A stretch of 64,000 nucleotides of DNA from Pirellulales bacterium. Lineage in GTDB: Bacteria > Planctomycetota > Planctomycetia > Pirellulales > JAICIG01. The stretch spans positions 1,181 to 65,180 of the forward strand of contig DATKRK010000301.1 of the NCBI GenBank assembly GCA_035532215.1, read 5' to 3'. Of this stretch, positions 17,842 through 27,344 are shown piece after piece; position 1 is the stretch's first letter, and each line of letters starts with the position of its first letter. Both the position numbers and the translations under genes were made by a program. The notes below the pieces were generated by a model. That model was not told where the DNA came from. It searched no databases and saw only the letters and a program-made list of their open reading frames with translations.

Positions 17842-18762
17842 ATGGAAATCTTGAACGCATTAACCGTCGACGTCGAGGACTATTACCACGTCTCGGCCTT
17901 CGAGCGACACATCACCCGCGAACGTTGGCACGATTTCGACAGTCGCGTCGAGGCCAGCACGCGGCGATTGCTCGACATTCTGGCGGAAGCCGACACTCGC
18001 GCCACGTTTTTCGTCCTGGGCTGGGTCGCACGGCGCCATCCGGAACTGGTGCGGGAAATCCATGACGCAGGGCACGAGCTAGGCTCGCATAGCTTTTGGC
18101 ATAGGCTGGTGTTCGAACTTTCTCCCGAAGAATTCCGGAATGACCTGCGCGACTCTCGAGCGGTCCTGGAAGACGCCGCGGGACAGCCAATCACGGCTTA
18201 TCGGGCGCCTAGCTTTTCCATCACCCGTCGCTCGCAATGGGCGCTTGAGATTCTGGCCGAAGAGGGGTTCAATGTTGATTCCAGCATCTTTCCGATTCGG
18301 CACGATCGCTACGGCATCCCTGATGCGAATCCGCATTTGCACGAGATTTCGACGCCGGCCGGGCCTTTGCAGGAGTTTCCGCCTTCGGTCGTTCGTTTTG
18401 CACGCATGAACTTTCCTGTCTCCGGCGGCGGATACTTTCGGCTGTACCCGCTTTCTTGGACCGTCCGCGGCCTATCTCGCGTCAACGGCAAGGGGCGGCC
18501 GTTCATGTTTTATATTCACCCTTGGGAATTGGACCCCGATCAACCCCGGCTGGCCGCCGGCTCTCGGCTATCTCGGGCGCGGCATCGAGTGAACCTGGCG
18601 TCGACTGCGGAAAAGTTGAGGCGCCTGTTGGGACGATTTCGCTTTGGCCGCATGGACGAATCGATCGAAGCAACGCTCCGCGCAAACAACGGCGGCTCGG
18701 GCGGCGGCGAACGATGTTTACGAAAGGCAACGAAGCGTTGCGAAAGCGCCACGATCGAATGA
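17842..18762 (+). CDS. polysaccharide deacetylase (XrtA-system type, NodB fold)
   Basis: LTVDVEDYYHVSAFE..., ATFFVLGWVA, GHELGSHSFWH, RAPSFSI. Confidence 0.9.
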   Translation: MEILNALTVDVEDYYHVSAFERHITRERWHDFDSRVEASTRRLLDILAEADTRATFFVLGWVARRHPELVREIHDAGHELGSHSFWHRLVFELSPEEFRNDLRDSRAVLEDAAGQPITAYRAPSFSITRRSQWALEILAEEGFNVDSSIFPIRHDRYGIPDANPHLHEISTPAGPLQEFPPSVVRFARMNFPVSGGGYFRLYPLSWTVRGLSRVNGKGRPFMFYIHPWELDPDQPRLAAGSRLSRARHRVNLASTAEKLRRLLGRFRFGRMDESIEATLRANNGGSGGGERCLRKATKRCESATIE

Positions 18763-18909
18763 CAGGCATCGGACGACTGGAGCGGTCGGTGCGCTCGTAG
18801 CGACTACAAATGCGGCTCAATTGTTTTCTTCGCACCTCCGCCGCGCGGCGGCAAGTGCTTTGCATAACAGCGTCCGGTCGATGAGCAGATGGTTGGCTGG
18901 CGAGCTACA

Positions 18910-18938
18910 GTCACCCATGGGGACGGAGTCCGCCCGAG
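18910..18938 (+). repeat. 29-nt motif copy 2 (identical to 8068-8096)
   Basis: Exact match read in sequence. It lies in the gap between the deacetylase and the next glycosyltransferase, 29 nt before the hairpin element. Confidence 0.8.
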
Positions 18939-18967
18939 CTCTGTCCCCAGCCCATCAGTTCGCGGTC

Positions 18968-19078
18968 AGCATCGAGGATTAAATAACCTCCCAAATTCGG
19001 GCAAAGTCGCCGCAAATCCGCCCCACTATTGGGGTTCCGAGCGGGTGTGTGTAGGGAAGTTATTTAATCCTCGATGCT
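18968..19078. repeat. 111-bp inverted-repeat (MITE/REP-like) intercistronic element, copy 1
   Basis: 25-nt arms agcatcgaggattaaataacctccc (18968-18992) and gggaagttatttaatcctcgatgct (19054-19078), 24/25 complementary. The right arm is identical to that at 37637-37661. Confidence 0.8.
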
Positions 19079-19080
19079 CA

Positions 19081-20388
19081 GTGAAGTCGAGATTTAAGCA
19101 GATCGGCTTCCATCAGATTCCCGACGTTATTTCCTGTTCGACCTGCCTGACGCCGCCTCACTTGAATCTCTTGTACCTAGTTCATCGAATTCCCTACCCG
19201 CCAAACCGCGGTGATCGAATTCGTTCGTATCATTTGTTGAGGTTCCTCGCGGCGCGGTACGACGTGTATTTGGCTTGCCTGGCCGATGAGCCGGTACCGC
19301 CGGCACACGAGGCGGCGCTCCGGGAGTTTTGTCGGCGGCTCGCCATCGTTCCGTTGGGACGCAAAACTCGCTGGCTTAATGCGGCTGCAAAACGGATCCT
19401 GGGCCGATCAGCCACTGAAGGGCTTTTTGAGTCGCCAGCGTTACGAAGAATCGTAAGCGACTGGGCCGGTCAAACGCGATTCGACGTCGTCTTCGCATTC
19501 TGTTCAAGCATGGTCCCCTACCTCGAATTGCCGGCCCTGCGCGATGTCCCGGCGCTCATCGACTTTGTCGACGTCGACAGCCAAAAGTGGTTCGATTATG
19601 CCGAGACCGCGACCGGGTTGAAGCGCGCCCTCTTTGCCAGCGAGGGCCGCCGCGTGCGGCGACTCGAAATCGACGCGGCGCGCCGCGCTCGCGCTGTAGC
19701 AGTCGTTAGCGAAGCGGAGGCGGAACTTTGCCGCGAGCATTGCGCTCCGACTCCGGTTTATGGAATCGGCAACGGCGTCGACCTCGACTATTTCGGCGCC
19801 GTCTCGCCCCCGGAAGATTCGGCAGACCAGCCCCATTGCGTATTTGTCGGCGCCCTGGATTATCGGGCGAACGTGGACGGCATCACGTGGTTTTGCCGCG
19901 AGGTCTGGCCCGAAATGCGGCGGCGATATCCACAAGCTACGTTCACCGCGGTAGGCCGTAACCCGTCGGCAGTCGTATGCCGACTGGCCGATTTGCCGGG
20001 CGTACAGGTCGTTGCCGACGTGCCCGACGTGCGGCCTTACCTGGCACGTGCGTCGGCGGTCGTGGCGCCCTTGAGAGTCGCTCGCGGTATTCAAAACAAG
20101 GTGCTCGAAGCCCTGGCGGCGCGCCGCGCCGTTGTTGCTTCGAGCGGCGCTTTGGACGGGCTCGACGTAGAAGCGGGGCGTCATGCTTTGTGCGCTGATT
20201 TGCCCAGCGAATGGATTACGGCCTTGTCGCGGCTGTTCGACGACGCCGCCTTGCGAAACGAGTTCGGCGCTTCCGGCCGCGCCTTCGTCGAATTGCACCA
20301 TGGCTGGGCGCCCCGGCTGGCGCCGTTCGGCGATTTGCTTTCGAACTTAATCACCCAGCGGCGTGCCGTCGCAGCCAGTTGCCAATGA
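19081..20388 (+). CDS. glycosyltransferase, PEP-CTERM/EpsH1-system-associated type (GT4-like)
   Basis: LLYLVHRIPYPPNRGDRIRSYHLLRFLA is the characteristic N-terminus of this family. There is no ATG: candidate starts are GTG 19081 (3 nt after the repeat) or TTG 19162 (giving M-NLLYLVH). The track start 18889 reads through the repeats and is rejected. Confidence 0.85.
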   Translation: MKSRFKQIGFHQIPDVISCSTCLTPPHLNLLYLVHRIPYPPNRGDRIRSYHLLRFLAARYDVYLACLADEPVPPAHEAALREFCRRLAIVPLGRKTRWLNAAAKRILGRSATEGLFESPALRRIVSDWAGQTRFDVVFAFCSSMVPYLELPALRDVPALIDFVDVDSQKWFDYAETATGLKRALFASEGRRVRRLEIDAARRARAVAVVSEAEAELCREHCAPTPVYGIGNGVDLDYFGAVSPPEDSADQPHCVFVGALDYRANVDGITWFCREVWPEMRRRYPQATFTAVGRNPSAVVCRLADLPGVQVVADVPDVRPYLARASAVVAPLRVARGIQNKVLEALAARRAVVASSGALDGLDVEAGRHALCADLPSEWITALSRLFDDAALRNEFGASGRAFVELHHGWAPRLAPFGDLLSNLITQRRAVAASCQ

Positions 20389-21290
20389 CACAAGACCTAA
20401 CCCTCATTCCGCCCGCAGATACTCCCTCGGTTTCCCCCGAAGCCGCTACGCCCGCCTCGGCGCCCGAGTTACCCGTCACGATCATCGAGCGGCGGCCGGG
20501 CTGGAAATTCGTCGACCTGGGCGAAATGTGGCGCTACCGCGAGTTGCTCTATTTTCTCGTCTGGCGCGACGTGAAGGTTCGCTATAAGCAAACCGTCCTC
20601 GGCGCCGCTTGGGCCATCCTGCAACCGTTGACGATGATGATCGTGTTCAGCCTGTTTCTCGGCCGACTGGGCAACATGGCGCACGGCGACTGGCCGTATC
20701 CATTGTTCGTGTTCGCGGGCTTGCTGCCTTGGACATTTTTTGCGACCGCCATCGCTCAGGCGGGCTCGAGCGTTATCGGAAACCAGAACCTGGTCACCAA
20801 GGTCTATTTTCCGCGGCTGTTCATCCCCTTGGGCGCGGTTGGCGCGGCGCTGGTCGATTTGGCGATCGCCTGCGGGATGCTTGCGGTGTTGATGCTCTAC
20901 TACGGCGTCTGGCCGGCGGGCGCCGTGGTATTGCTTCCAGTATTGGTGTTGATGTTGGCCGTGGCGGCGACAGGCGTGGGCGTCATGCTCTCGGCCCTCA
21001 CGGTGGCATACCGCGACTTCCGCTACGTGGTTCCTTTCCTGGTGCAGATCTGGATGTTCGCCACGCCCACCATCTACATGCAAGCCGACAAAGTCGTCAG
21101 CCCCAAGTGGCACAGCGTGCTTCCGCTCAACCCGGTCTTCGGCCTGATCCTCAATTTTCGCCAGGCCGCGCTCGGCGGCCCCCTCGACTGGTACGCCTTT
21201 ACTGTTTCGTCGGCCGTTTCGCTCGTGCTGCTCTTAGTCGGCTGCTTGTATTTCCGCAGAGTAGAGCGAAGCTTCGCGGATATCATTTGA
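20385..21290 (+). CDS. wzm: ABC-2 type polysaccharide export permease (Wzm-like)
   Basis: The ATG at 20385 overlaps the upstream stop (ATGA). YRELLYFLVWRDVKVRYKQTVLGAAWAILQP is the ABC-2 signature, followed by 6 predicted TM helices. Confidence 0.85.
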   Translation: MTQDLTLIPPADTPSVSPEAATPASAPELPVTIIERRPGWKFVDLGEMWRYRELLYFLVWRDVKVRYKQTVLGAAWAILQPLTMMIVFSLFLGRLGNMAHGDWPYPLFVFAGLLPWTFFATAIAQAGSSVIGNQNLVTKVYFPRLFIPLGAVGAALVDLAIACGMLAVLMLYYGVWPAGAVVLLPVLVLMLAVAATGVGVMLSALTVAYRDFRYVVPFLVQIWMFATPTIYMQADKVVSPKWHSVLPLNPVFGLILNFRQAALGGPLDWYAFTVSSAVSLVLLLVGCLYFRRVERSFADII

Positions 21291-21326
21291 AACCAGTAGC
21301 CCAGGTTCTGCGAGGACATATACACC

Positions 21327-22250
21327 ATGCCGCCATTTTCAACACCCGCAGTCGCCCATGCCACACAAACAACGGTTTCCTCCATTCTCCGTCGCGCTCG
21401 GCTGACGTTTGAAGATACGATCCGCAACACGCGGTTGGCTGAGCATCCGCCGAGCCATGTGCTAGTCGTGATGCCCGCGTACAACGCTGCAAGGACTTTA
21501 GAGCAGACGGTGGCCGATATTCCGACCAATGCGCTCACCGAGATTGTTGTCGTCGATGACTGTAGTCGCGACGAGACCGTGCAAGTGGCGGAGCGGCTGG
21601 GGCTGCACGTCCTTCGCCATGCCAACAATCGAGGTTATGGAGGAAATCAGAAAACTTGCTATGAGTATGCACTGTCCACCGCAGCGGACGTCATCGTCAT
21701 GCTACACCCCGACTACCAATACGATAGCCGCGTGGTTCCCCTTGCGGTCAAGCTAATCGAGTTGGGTATCTGCGATGTCGTACTTGGGTCGCGTATCCGG
21801 ACACGTGCCGAGGCTTTGGCCGGCGGCATGCCGCTGATCAAGTACATTGCCAACCGCGTTTTGACCACGATTCAGAATATTAGCCTGGGCCAGAATCTCG
21901 CCGACTTCCACAGCGGCTTTCGGGCCTACCGCCGCGAGGTTCTTGAACGAGTGAATTCCGACGTTTGCAGCGACGATTTTGTCTTCGACGGCCAGTTTTT
22001 AGTCCAATGCGTGAACCTTGGATTCCGGCTGGGCGACCTACCGGTGCCGGTGCGATACTTTGATGAGGCGTCGAGCATCAATTTCCGCCGTAGCGCGATC
22101 TACGCCCTCGGCTGTCTATATTGGATCGCTCGCTGGCATTTGCACCGGCTCCGAGTATGGCGCAGCCCCTTGTTCACGGAACTCGAGGAGAATAAAGAGC
22201 AGGCCTCGTCCGGAGAGTCGCGGCCAGGGCGGCCTCGCCAACCTCGCTGA
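21327..22250 (+). CDS. glycosyltransferase family 2
   Basis: [16 protein letters not shown]...[11 protein letters not shown]...MLHPDYQYD. Confidence 0.9.
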   Translation: MPPFSTPAVAHATQTTVSSILRRARLTFEDTIRNTRLAEHPPSHVLVVMPAYNAARTLEQTVADIPTNALTEIVVVDDCSRDETVQVAERLGLHVLRHANNRGYGGNQKTCYEYALSTAADVIVMLHPDYQYDSRVVPLAVKLIELGICDVVLGSRIRTRAEALAGGMPLIKYIANRVLTTIQNISLGQNLADFHSGFRAYRREVLERVNSDVCSDDFVFDGQFLVQCVNLGFRLGDLPVPVRYFDEASSINFRRSAIYALGCLYWIARWHLHRLRVWRSPLFTELEENKEQASSGESRPGRPRQPR

Positions 22251-22281
22251 TCGTCGTACGGTCGGAAGTGCTTCATCTACA

Positions 22282-23721
22282 ATGACTGGCGCCCGGATGA
22301 ATATGAAAGCGGCCGTCATACCAGCCCTCGTCTGCCTGGCGGTCAACGCCGCTTTGTTCGCCGCTGTCGCCGTCCGGCGGCCGCAGTATCTCGCCGATTA
22401 CGGTCAAAACGCCAATCCGGATGCCAAGCACTACGTGCTGCTCGGTCGCAATCTCATCGAGCATCACCACTACTCGCGCTCGTCCGGCCCCCCCTACCAG
22501 CCTGACATGCTTCGCACGCCGGTTTATCCGCTGTTCGCCGGGTTTCTGGATTTGCTCGGCGGAGCGGGGTGCATCTATGTCATGCAGGCGCTGTTGCAAG
22601 CAGTCTCGTGTTTAATCTTGTTCCAAATTGTCTCGCGGTGCTTCGGTCCAGTCGCCGGGGGGACGGCTGCGCTGCTGTTCGCCACGGATCTGATGCTGGC
22701 GGCTTCGAATTTCGAGGCGATGTCTGAGCCGCTGTGTAGCTTTCTCGTAGTGGCAGGATTGTTTTACTGGTTGAAAGCGTTTCATGCCGAATTTAGCTCG
22801 ACCGGGAGCTTTTGGTCGGCGGCGGCATCAGGCATATTCCTCGCCGCTGCCATCCTGACGCGTCCCGCCACGCTTTACCTGACGGGGCTGTTTGCTGTCG
22901 TAACCATTTTGGCGCCCGCGGAACGCGTCAGCGGGCGACAGCGTGGTTTGATGGCCGCCGTCATACTCGCTTCATCATTCGCGCCGGCCGGTCTTTGGAT
23001 TGCCCGCAACTATGCGGTGCATTCCCTTGCGCGGTTGAGCCCAGTGGATGCTACCATCATGGTTTACTTCGCAGGCGCCGGGGCATACCAGGTGGAGCGC
23101 GGAATCACCCTCGAGCAAGCGCAAGAGGCGATCTCCGAGGAGTTTCACCTACCGCCACATGTCGTCGTGCAAAACGACTTCAAGTCGAAGCGCACCGTCG
23201 CGGAAATGGACGCAGCCCTGCGCCGCGCCCGCTGGCCGGTGTTACTTAAGTATCCCAAGGCTCTGGTCATCTCATCCACGCTCGGCGTGGCCAAGGCGCT
23301 CGTGTCACATAACGTCGGCAACTGGGCTAACTTGTTGGCTCTGAAGTGGTCGCCTCCAGGCATGGGGAACCTGCTGCGGCTTCGAGGCGAGGGATTCCAA
23401 GCGTTGCTAGGGAACCCGCCCCTGCTTGTGGCCGTGTTCGCGTGGGAGTTACTGCACACGGCGGCAGTGCTCCTGTTGGCATTGATTGGAATCCTGTTCT
23501 CGCTGAAGCGCAGGGCGTTTCAACTCGCGCCGGCAGTGCTGCTGGCTGGATTCGCTTACTTCATTGTCATGATCGCGCCGTTCGGATTGGAAGCCTATTA
23601 TCGTTGCCGGGCTCCAGCAGCTCCATTTCTTTGTGCCTTTGCCGGTTGCGGCGCGGCTGCGCTCGTTAACGCACTAAGTCGGCGAAAAGAAAGCCTTACG
23701 CCCTCGCCCCTGAGTACATGA
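22282..23721 (+). CDS. polytopic GT-C-like glycosyltransferase (ArnT/PMT-like)
   Basis: About 12 predicted TM helices, with a first-loop sequence NPDAKHYVLLGRNLIEHHHY...YQPDMLRTPVYPLF reminiscent of the ArnT/PMT_2 family. The start was chosen after the upstream stop; ATG 22297 and 22303 are alternatives. Confidence 0.6.
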   Translation: MTGARMNMKAAVIPALVCLAVNAALFAAVAVRRPQYLADYGQNANPDAKHYVLLGRNLIEHHHYSRSSGPPYQPDMLRTPVYPLFAGFLDLLGGAGCIYVMQALLQAVSCLILFQIVSRCFGPVAGGTAALLFATDLMLAASNFEAMSEPLCSFLVVAGLFYWLKAFHAEFSSTGSFWSAAASGIFLAAAILTRPATLYLTGLFAVVTILAPAERVSGRQRGLMAAVILASSFAPAGLWIARNYAVHSLARLSPVDATIMVYFAGAGAYQVERGITLEQAQEAISEEFHLPPHVVVQNDFKSKRTVAEMDAALRRARWPVLLKYPKALVISSTLGVAKALVSHNVGNWANLLALKWSPPGMGNLLRLRGEGFQALLGNPPLLVAVFAWELLHTAAVLLLALIGILFSLKRRAFQLAPAVLLAGFAYFIVMIAPFGLEAYYRCRAPAAPFLCAFAGCGAAALVNALSRRKESLTPSPLST

Positions 23722-25019
23722 AGGGACTGCTGTTTACTTATGCCCTGACTTACGGGGGAGCGGTTGTCTCGCTCTTCAGTCCATGGTACGGGTTGTTGGT
23801 TTACGTTTGTTTCGCGATCATCAGGCCCGACTGGCTGTGGTTCTGGGCGGTGCCTCCCGGAAATTACAGTCGCATCGTCGCCATCGGGCTGCTTGCGGGC
23901 TGGTTCTTTCGAGGATTTGGCGATTGGCGTTTTGGCCGCGCGACGCCCAGCGTAGCATGTATAGCAGCGTTCATGTTCTGGACGGCGGCGAGCGCCGCCG
24001 GCGCCGTAGGCGATTCAGAGGCGGCGTGGCGCTTTGTCGAGGACCTCTCGAAAATCGTCTTGCCCTTTGTTGTCGCCATGACGCTCATCGAGTCAGTCGC
24101 CCAGCTCAAGCAATTGGCGTGGGTTATCGTGCTGAGCACAGGCTACGTGGCGTTCGAACTTAACCTGTCGTACTACCAGGGGTACAACCGGGCTCGAGAG
24201 GAGGGCCTCGGGCCGCTGGACAACAACGGCGCAGCCTTAATGATGGTCACCGCTGCCAGCGTAGCGCTGTTCCTCGCACTCGGCGAATCCCGTTGGTGGC
24301 GTCGCTTCTTGGCACTCGCGGCAGCCGGATTGATGGTCAATTGTGCCATGTTTTGCTTCTCGCGAGGCGGAATTCTAGCGCTGATCGTGACTGCGGTTGT
24401 CGGCTTCCTCGTAGTTCCCAAGCGAGGCGTACACTATTTACTCTTCCTGTTGGCGGTGCTTGCCGGATTTCGCCTGGCAGGCCCCGAGGTCGTAGATCGC
24501 TTTATGACGGTGTTTGCCGAAAAGGAAGAACGCGACGCGTCGGCCAGCAGTCGCATGGAGCTTGCGGCAAATTGCCTGGAACTCATGAAGGAACATCCTT
24601 TGTTCGGTATCGGTCCCATGCAGTTTCCGTTTGTATCTCATCGGTTCGGATGGCCGGAGGGAAAGCAAGCTCACACCATGTGGCTGCAAGTCGGCGCCGA
24701 ACAAGGAGTCCCCGGACTGGGATTGTTGTTGGGCTTTTACGGCGCCACGATAATCGGTCTCTGGAGATTCAGACGCCAACTGCTGGAGCGCGACCCATGG
24801 CTGCTCGACGTAGCGAGGATGGTCACGGCGTCCCTGGCAGGGTTTGGAGTCGCGGCGCATTTCTTGAGCGTGCAAACCGTTGAATTGCCTTACTACATCG
24901 CACTTTTAGGCGCGGGAGCCTTGAAGTGCGCAACATCGACCGGGGGCGCTCGCCTGGAAACGACGACGCGCGGAGGCAATTCCACCGTCTTTCTGCACAG
25001 TATTGCGGCGCCTTTATAA
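23718..25019 (+). CDS. O-antigen ligase/polymerase-like membrane protein (Wzy_C domain)
   Basis: Polytopic protein with CAMFCFSRGGILALIVTAVVG, the Wzy_C-type loop and helix pattern. Its ATGA overlaps the upstream stop. Confidence 0.8.
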   Translation: MKGLLFTYALTYGGAVVSLFSPWYGLLVYVCFAIIRPDWLWFWAVPPGNYSRIVAIGLLAGWFFRGFGDWRFGRATPSVACIAAFMFWTAASAAGAVGDSEAAWRFVEDLSKIVLPFVVAMTLIESVAQLKQLAWVIVLSTGYVAFELNLSYYQGYNRAREEGLGPLDNNGAALMMVTAASVALFLALGESRWWRRFLALAAAGLMVNCAMFCFSRGGILALIVTAVVGFLVVPKRGVHYLLFLLAVLAGFRLAGPEVVDRFMTVFAEKEERDASASSRMELAANCLELMKEHPLFGIGPMQFPFVSHRFGWPEGKQAHTMWLQVGAEQGVPGLGLLLGFYGATIIGLWRFRRQLLERDPWLLDVARMVTASLAGFGVAAHFLSVQTVELPYYIALLGAGALKCATSTGGARLETTTRGGNSTVFLHSIAAPL

Positions 25020-25141
25020 ATATATCTTATCGGAATGCAATTGCTTTTCGATTGACGCGAATGCACTTCGAACGAGTTTGCCTTGATACACTTCACTTTG
25101 AAATGAACATGCCGCGCGGCTCAGCCCAAACGTAAACTGAT

Positions 25142-26449
25142 ATGGAATCAACTATTCGCGTTCAAGGCCTCTCGAAGCAATATCGCCTCGGCGCCTCGCA
25201 AGGCGCCGGCTACCGGACGCTGCGCGAGTCGCTCTCGCACGCCGCCCAGCGAACGTGGGGCCGCGTCCGGCGCGTTTCACGTTCAGCGGACGCTAGCGAA
25301 GCCGCCACGCCCGACCGCTTCTGGGCCCTCGACGACGTGTCGTTCGACGTTCAGCCGGGCGAAGTGGTGGGCATCATCGGCCGCAACGGAGCGGGCAAAT
25401 CGACGTTGCTCAAGATTCTCAGCCGGATCACCGAGCCCACCCACGGCCGCGCAACCATCCGCGGCCGCGTCGGCAGCCTGCTCGAAGTCGGCACCGGCTT
25501 TCATCCCGAGCTGACCGGCCGCGAAAACATCTACATGAACGGCAGCATCCTCGGCATGGGCCGCCGCGAGATCGCCCGACGGTTCGACGAGATCGTCGCT
25601 TTCGCCGAGACCGAGCAGTTTCTCGACACGCCGGTGAAGCGATATTCGAGCGGGATGTACGTCCGCTTGGCGTTTGCCGTGGCAGCGCATCTTGAGCCAG
25701 AGATCCTTATAATAGATGAAGTCCTTGCGGTTGGCGACGCCTCGTTTCAGAAGAAGTGTCTAGGAAGGCTCGATGAGGTTGCACGCGGGGGACGGGCGGT
25801 ACTCTTTGTTAGCCATAACATGGCCGCCGTTATACAGGTATGTAACCGTGCATTAATGCTTAAGCGAGGTCGCGTCGACTCCGACGGCGCGCCGGCCACG
25901 ATTGTTCGACGCTATCTTTCATTGCAGAAATCTGCCCAAGATGATGAGGTAAATCTCGCCGTCCAACGGCGACCTTGCACAGTACGAGGTACGGCAATAC
26001 TTGACTCGTGCCGATTGGAGACGCCAAGCGAAGGCGATCCGTGGACGATGCCATATGGCGGTGTACTCGCATTCCGCGTCGGCGTCACTGTTCGCGCCGC
26101 TCTCGAGGATCTTGAACTCGGAATCGGCCTCTTTACAGCTTCGGGGTTTGAGGTTGCATCGGTACTGAGTACTGACGTGCTACAGTCGCGACCGATCGCG
26201 CCCGGCTGCTATGTCTTCTCTGTTTCATACCCGCGATTGTGCCTTATGCCGGGTTCTTACTACCTGGGGATCGGACTGCGATCGCGTGGCGCGTTCGAGG
26301 ATTATATTCCCGATGCGGTCCACTTTGAGATTCAATTGAATGAACGGTCTGCTCGGAATAACATCCATCTGCGAAAGGGATCGGTCGTTCCAGAGTTTAA
26401 ATGTACCATGTCACGTTGTTACACAAGCAACGTGGGCAATTCGGAGTAA
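25142..26449 (+). CDS. wzt: polysaccharide ABC exporter ATP-binding protein with C-terminal extension (Wzt/TagH-like)
   Basis: Walker A GIIGRNGAGKSTLL, signature YSSGMYVRLAFAVA, Walker B ILIIDEVLAVGD, then a C-terminal domain of about 190 aa as in Wzt glycan-binding modules. Confidence 0.9.
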   Translation: MESTIRVQGLSKQYRLGASQGAGYRTLRESLSHAAQRTWGRVRRVSRSADASEAATPDRFWALDDVSFDVQPGEVVGIIGRNGAGKSTLLKILSRITEPTHGRATIRGRVGSLLEVGTGFHPELTGRENIYMNGSILGMGRREIARRFDEIVAFAETEQFLDTPVKRYSSGMYVRLAFAVAAHLEPEILIIDEVLAVGDASFQKKCLGRLDEVARGGRAVLFVSHNMAAVIQVCNRALMLKRGRVDSDGAPATIVRRYLSLQKSAQDDEVNLAVQRRPCTVRGTAILDSCRLETPSEGDPWTMPYGGVLAFRVGVTVRAALEDLELGIGLFTASGFEVASVLSTDVLQSRPIAPGCYVFSVSYPRLCLMPGSYYLGIGLRSRGAFEDYIPDAVHFEIQLNERSARNNIHLRKGSVVPEFKCTMSRCYTSNVGNSE

Positions 26450-26452
26450 GTT

Positions 26453-27127
26453 ATGATTCGCCTGCCGAGAATAAAGCGTCGCCAACTTAAGTATCCCTGG
26501 CTGCCTAGTTGGGCTGACATCCGGAAGGAAAGTGTTGTCCATCCCCATGTCGAACAAGAATGCGCCCACTTGTTTGACGCCTTCAACACCGGAACCACAG
26601 AGCTTGAAGTGTTGAATTGGTTGCACGCTACAATCATGGCTTTGAAGCCGCGGCTGGTACTCGAAACCGGGGCAGCAAATGGGCTCGGTACAATAGCGCT
26701 TGCAAGCGCCTGTCGCGCTAATGGCTTCGGAAAGGTCCACTCGGTGGAGCTTGACGGCTCGCTCTGCGATGCTCTAGCGTCAAAGCTAGCGGCTCAGCAT
26801 CTTCGCGAGTATGTGGATATACATTGTTCAGATTCGCGCGACTTCCTGAGGAAGAATGAGCGAGTGTTCGATATTGGTTTTTTCGACAGTATGTGTGAAA
26901 TTCGAGCAGAAGAGTTTCGTATTTGCCTCGATCGCGGAACGGTTCAACAACTAGCCATGTTTCATGACACGTCCCCTATAAGGTGCGAGAGCCTCAAGGG
27001 GTGGCCGTCTGATGAGCAGCATGCCGAGTATCGTGAGCAGCTTCGCGAGTTCGCAAGTCACCCTCGATGTTCCGGAATGTTCGAGTCGACGTTGTCTAGG
27101 GGATTCGTGTGCCTCTTTCTTCGTTAA
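26453..27127 (+). CDS. class I SAM-dependent methyltransferase (O-methyltransferase-like)
   Basis: LVLETGAANGLGTIALA (motif I region), HSVELD, FFDS. Starts 4 nt after the wzt stop, inside the lower-GC patch. Confidence 0.6.
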   Translation: MIRLPRIKRRQLKYPWLPSWADIRKESVVHPHVEQECAHLFDAFNTGTTELEVLNWLHATIMALKPRLVLETGAANGLGTIALASACRANGFGKVHSVELDGSLCDALASKLAAQHLREYVDIHCSDSRDFLRKNERVFDIGFFDSMCEIRAEEFRICLDRGTVQQLAMFHDTSPIRCESLKGWPSDEQHAEYREQLREFASHPRCSGMFESTLSRGFVCLFLR

Positions 27128-27196
27128 GAGGCCGTAACAAAACCCTCCGGGAGCCCTGGGAAAGCTGGGTAAACATCCGGTTTTGTTACGGCCTCT
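27127..27196. terminator. 70-nt long hairpin immediately after the methyltransferase stop
   Basis: agaggccgtaacaaaacc (27127-27144) pairs perfectly with ggttttgttacggcctct (27179-27196). There is no T-tract, so terminator function is uncertain. Confidence 0.45.
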
Positions 27197-27344
27197 AAGG
27201 GTTGAGCGTCCTTCCAATCTCGACGCTAATCTTCACGTGATTGCCGCCGCCTTCGAACGCGTCGGGATGGGCGGTAGTGGCTTATATCGGCTGCGCTGAG
27301 CGTCGCTAGGCCAATTAGGGGGTGTTAGATCTTCGCTGCTACGG

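Noticed and set aside
18889-19080. N-terminal extension of the glycosyltransferase ORF through the 29-nt motif and the hairpin element
   Set aside because: The translated segment is repeat-derived (the same SPMGTESAR peptide appears in spurious ORF 7988-8179). The family N-terminus begins at LLYLVHRIPYPPN.
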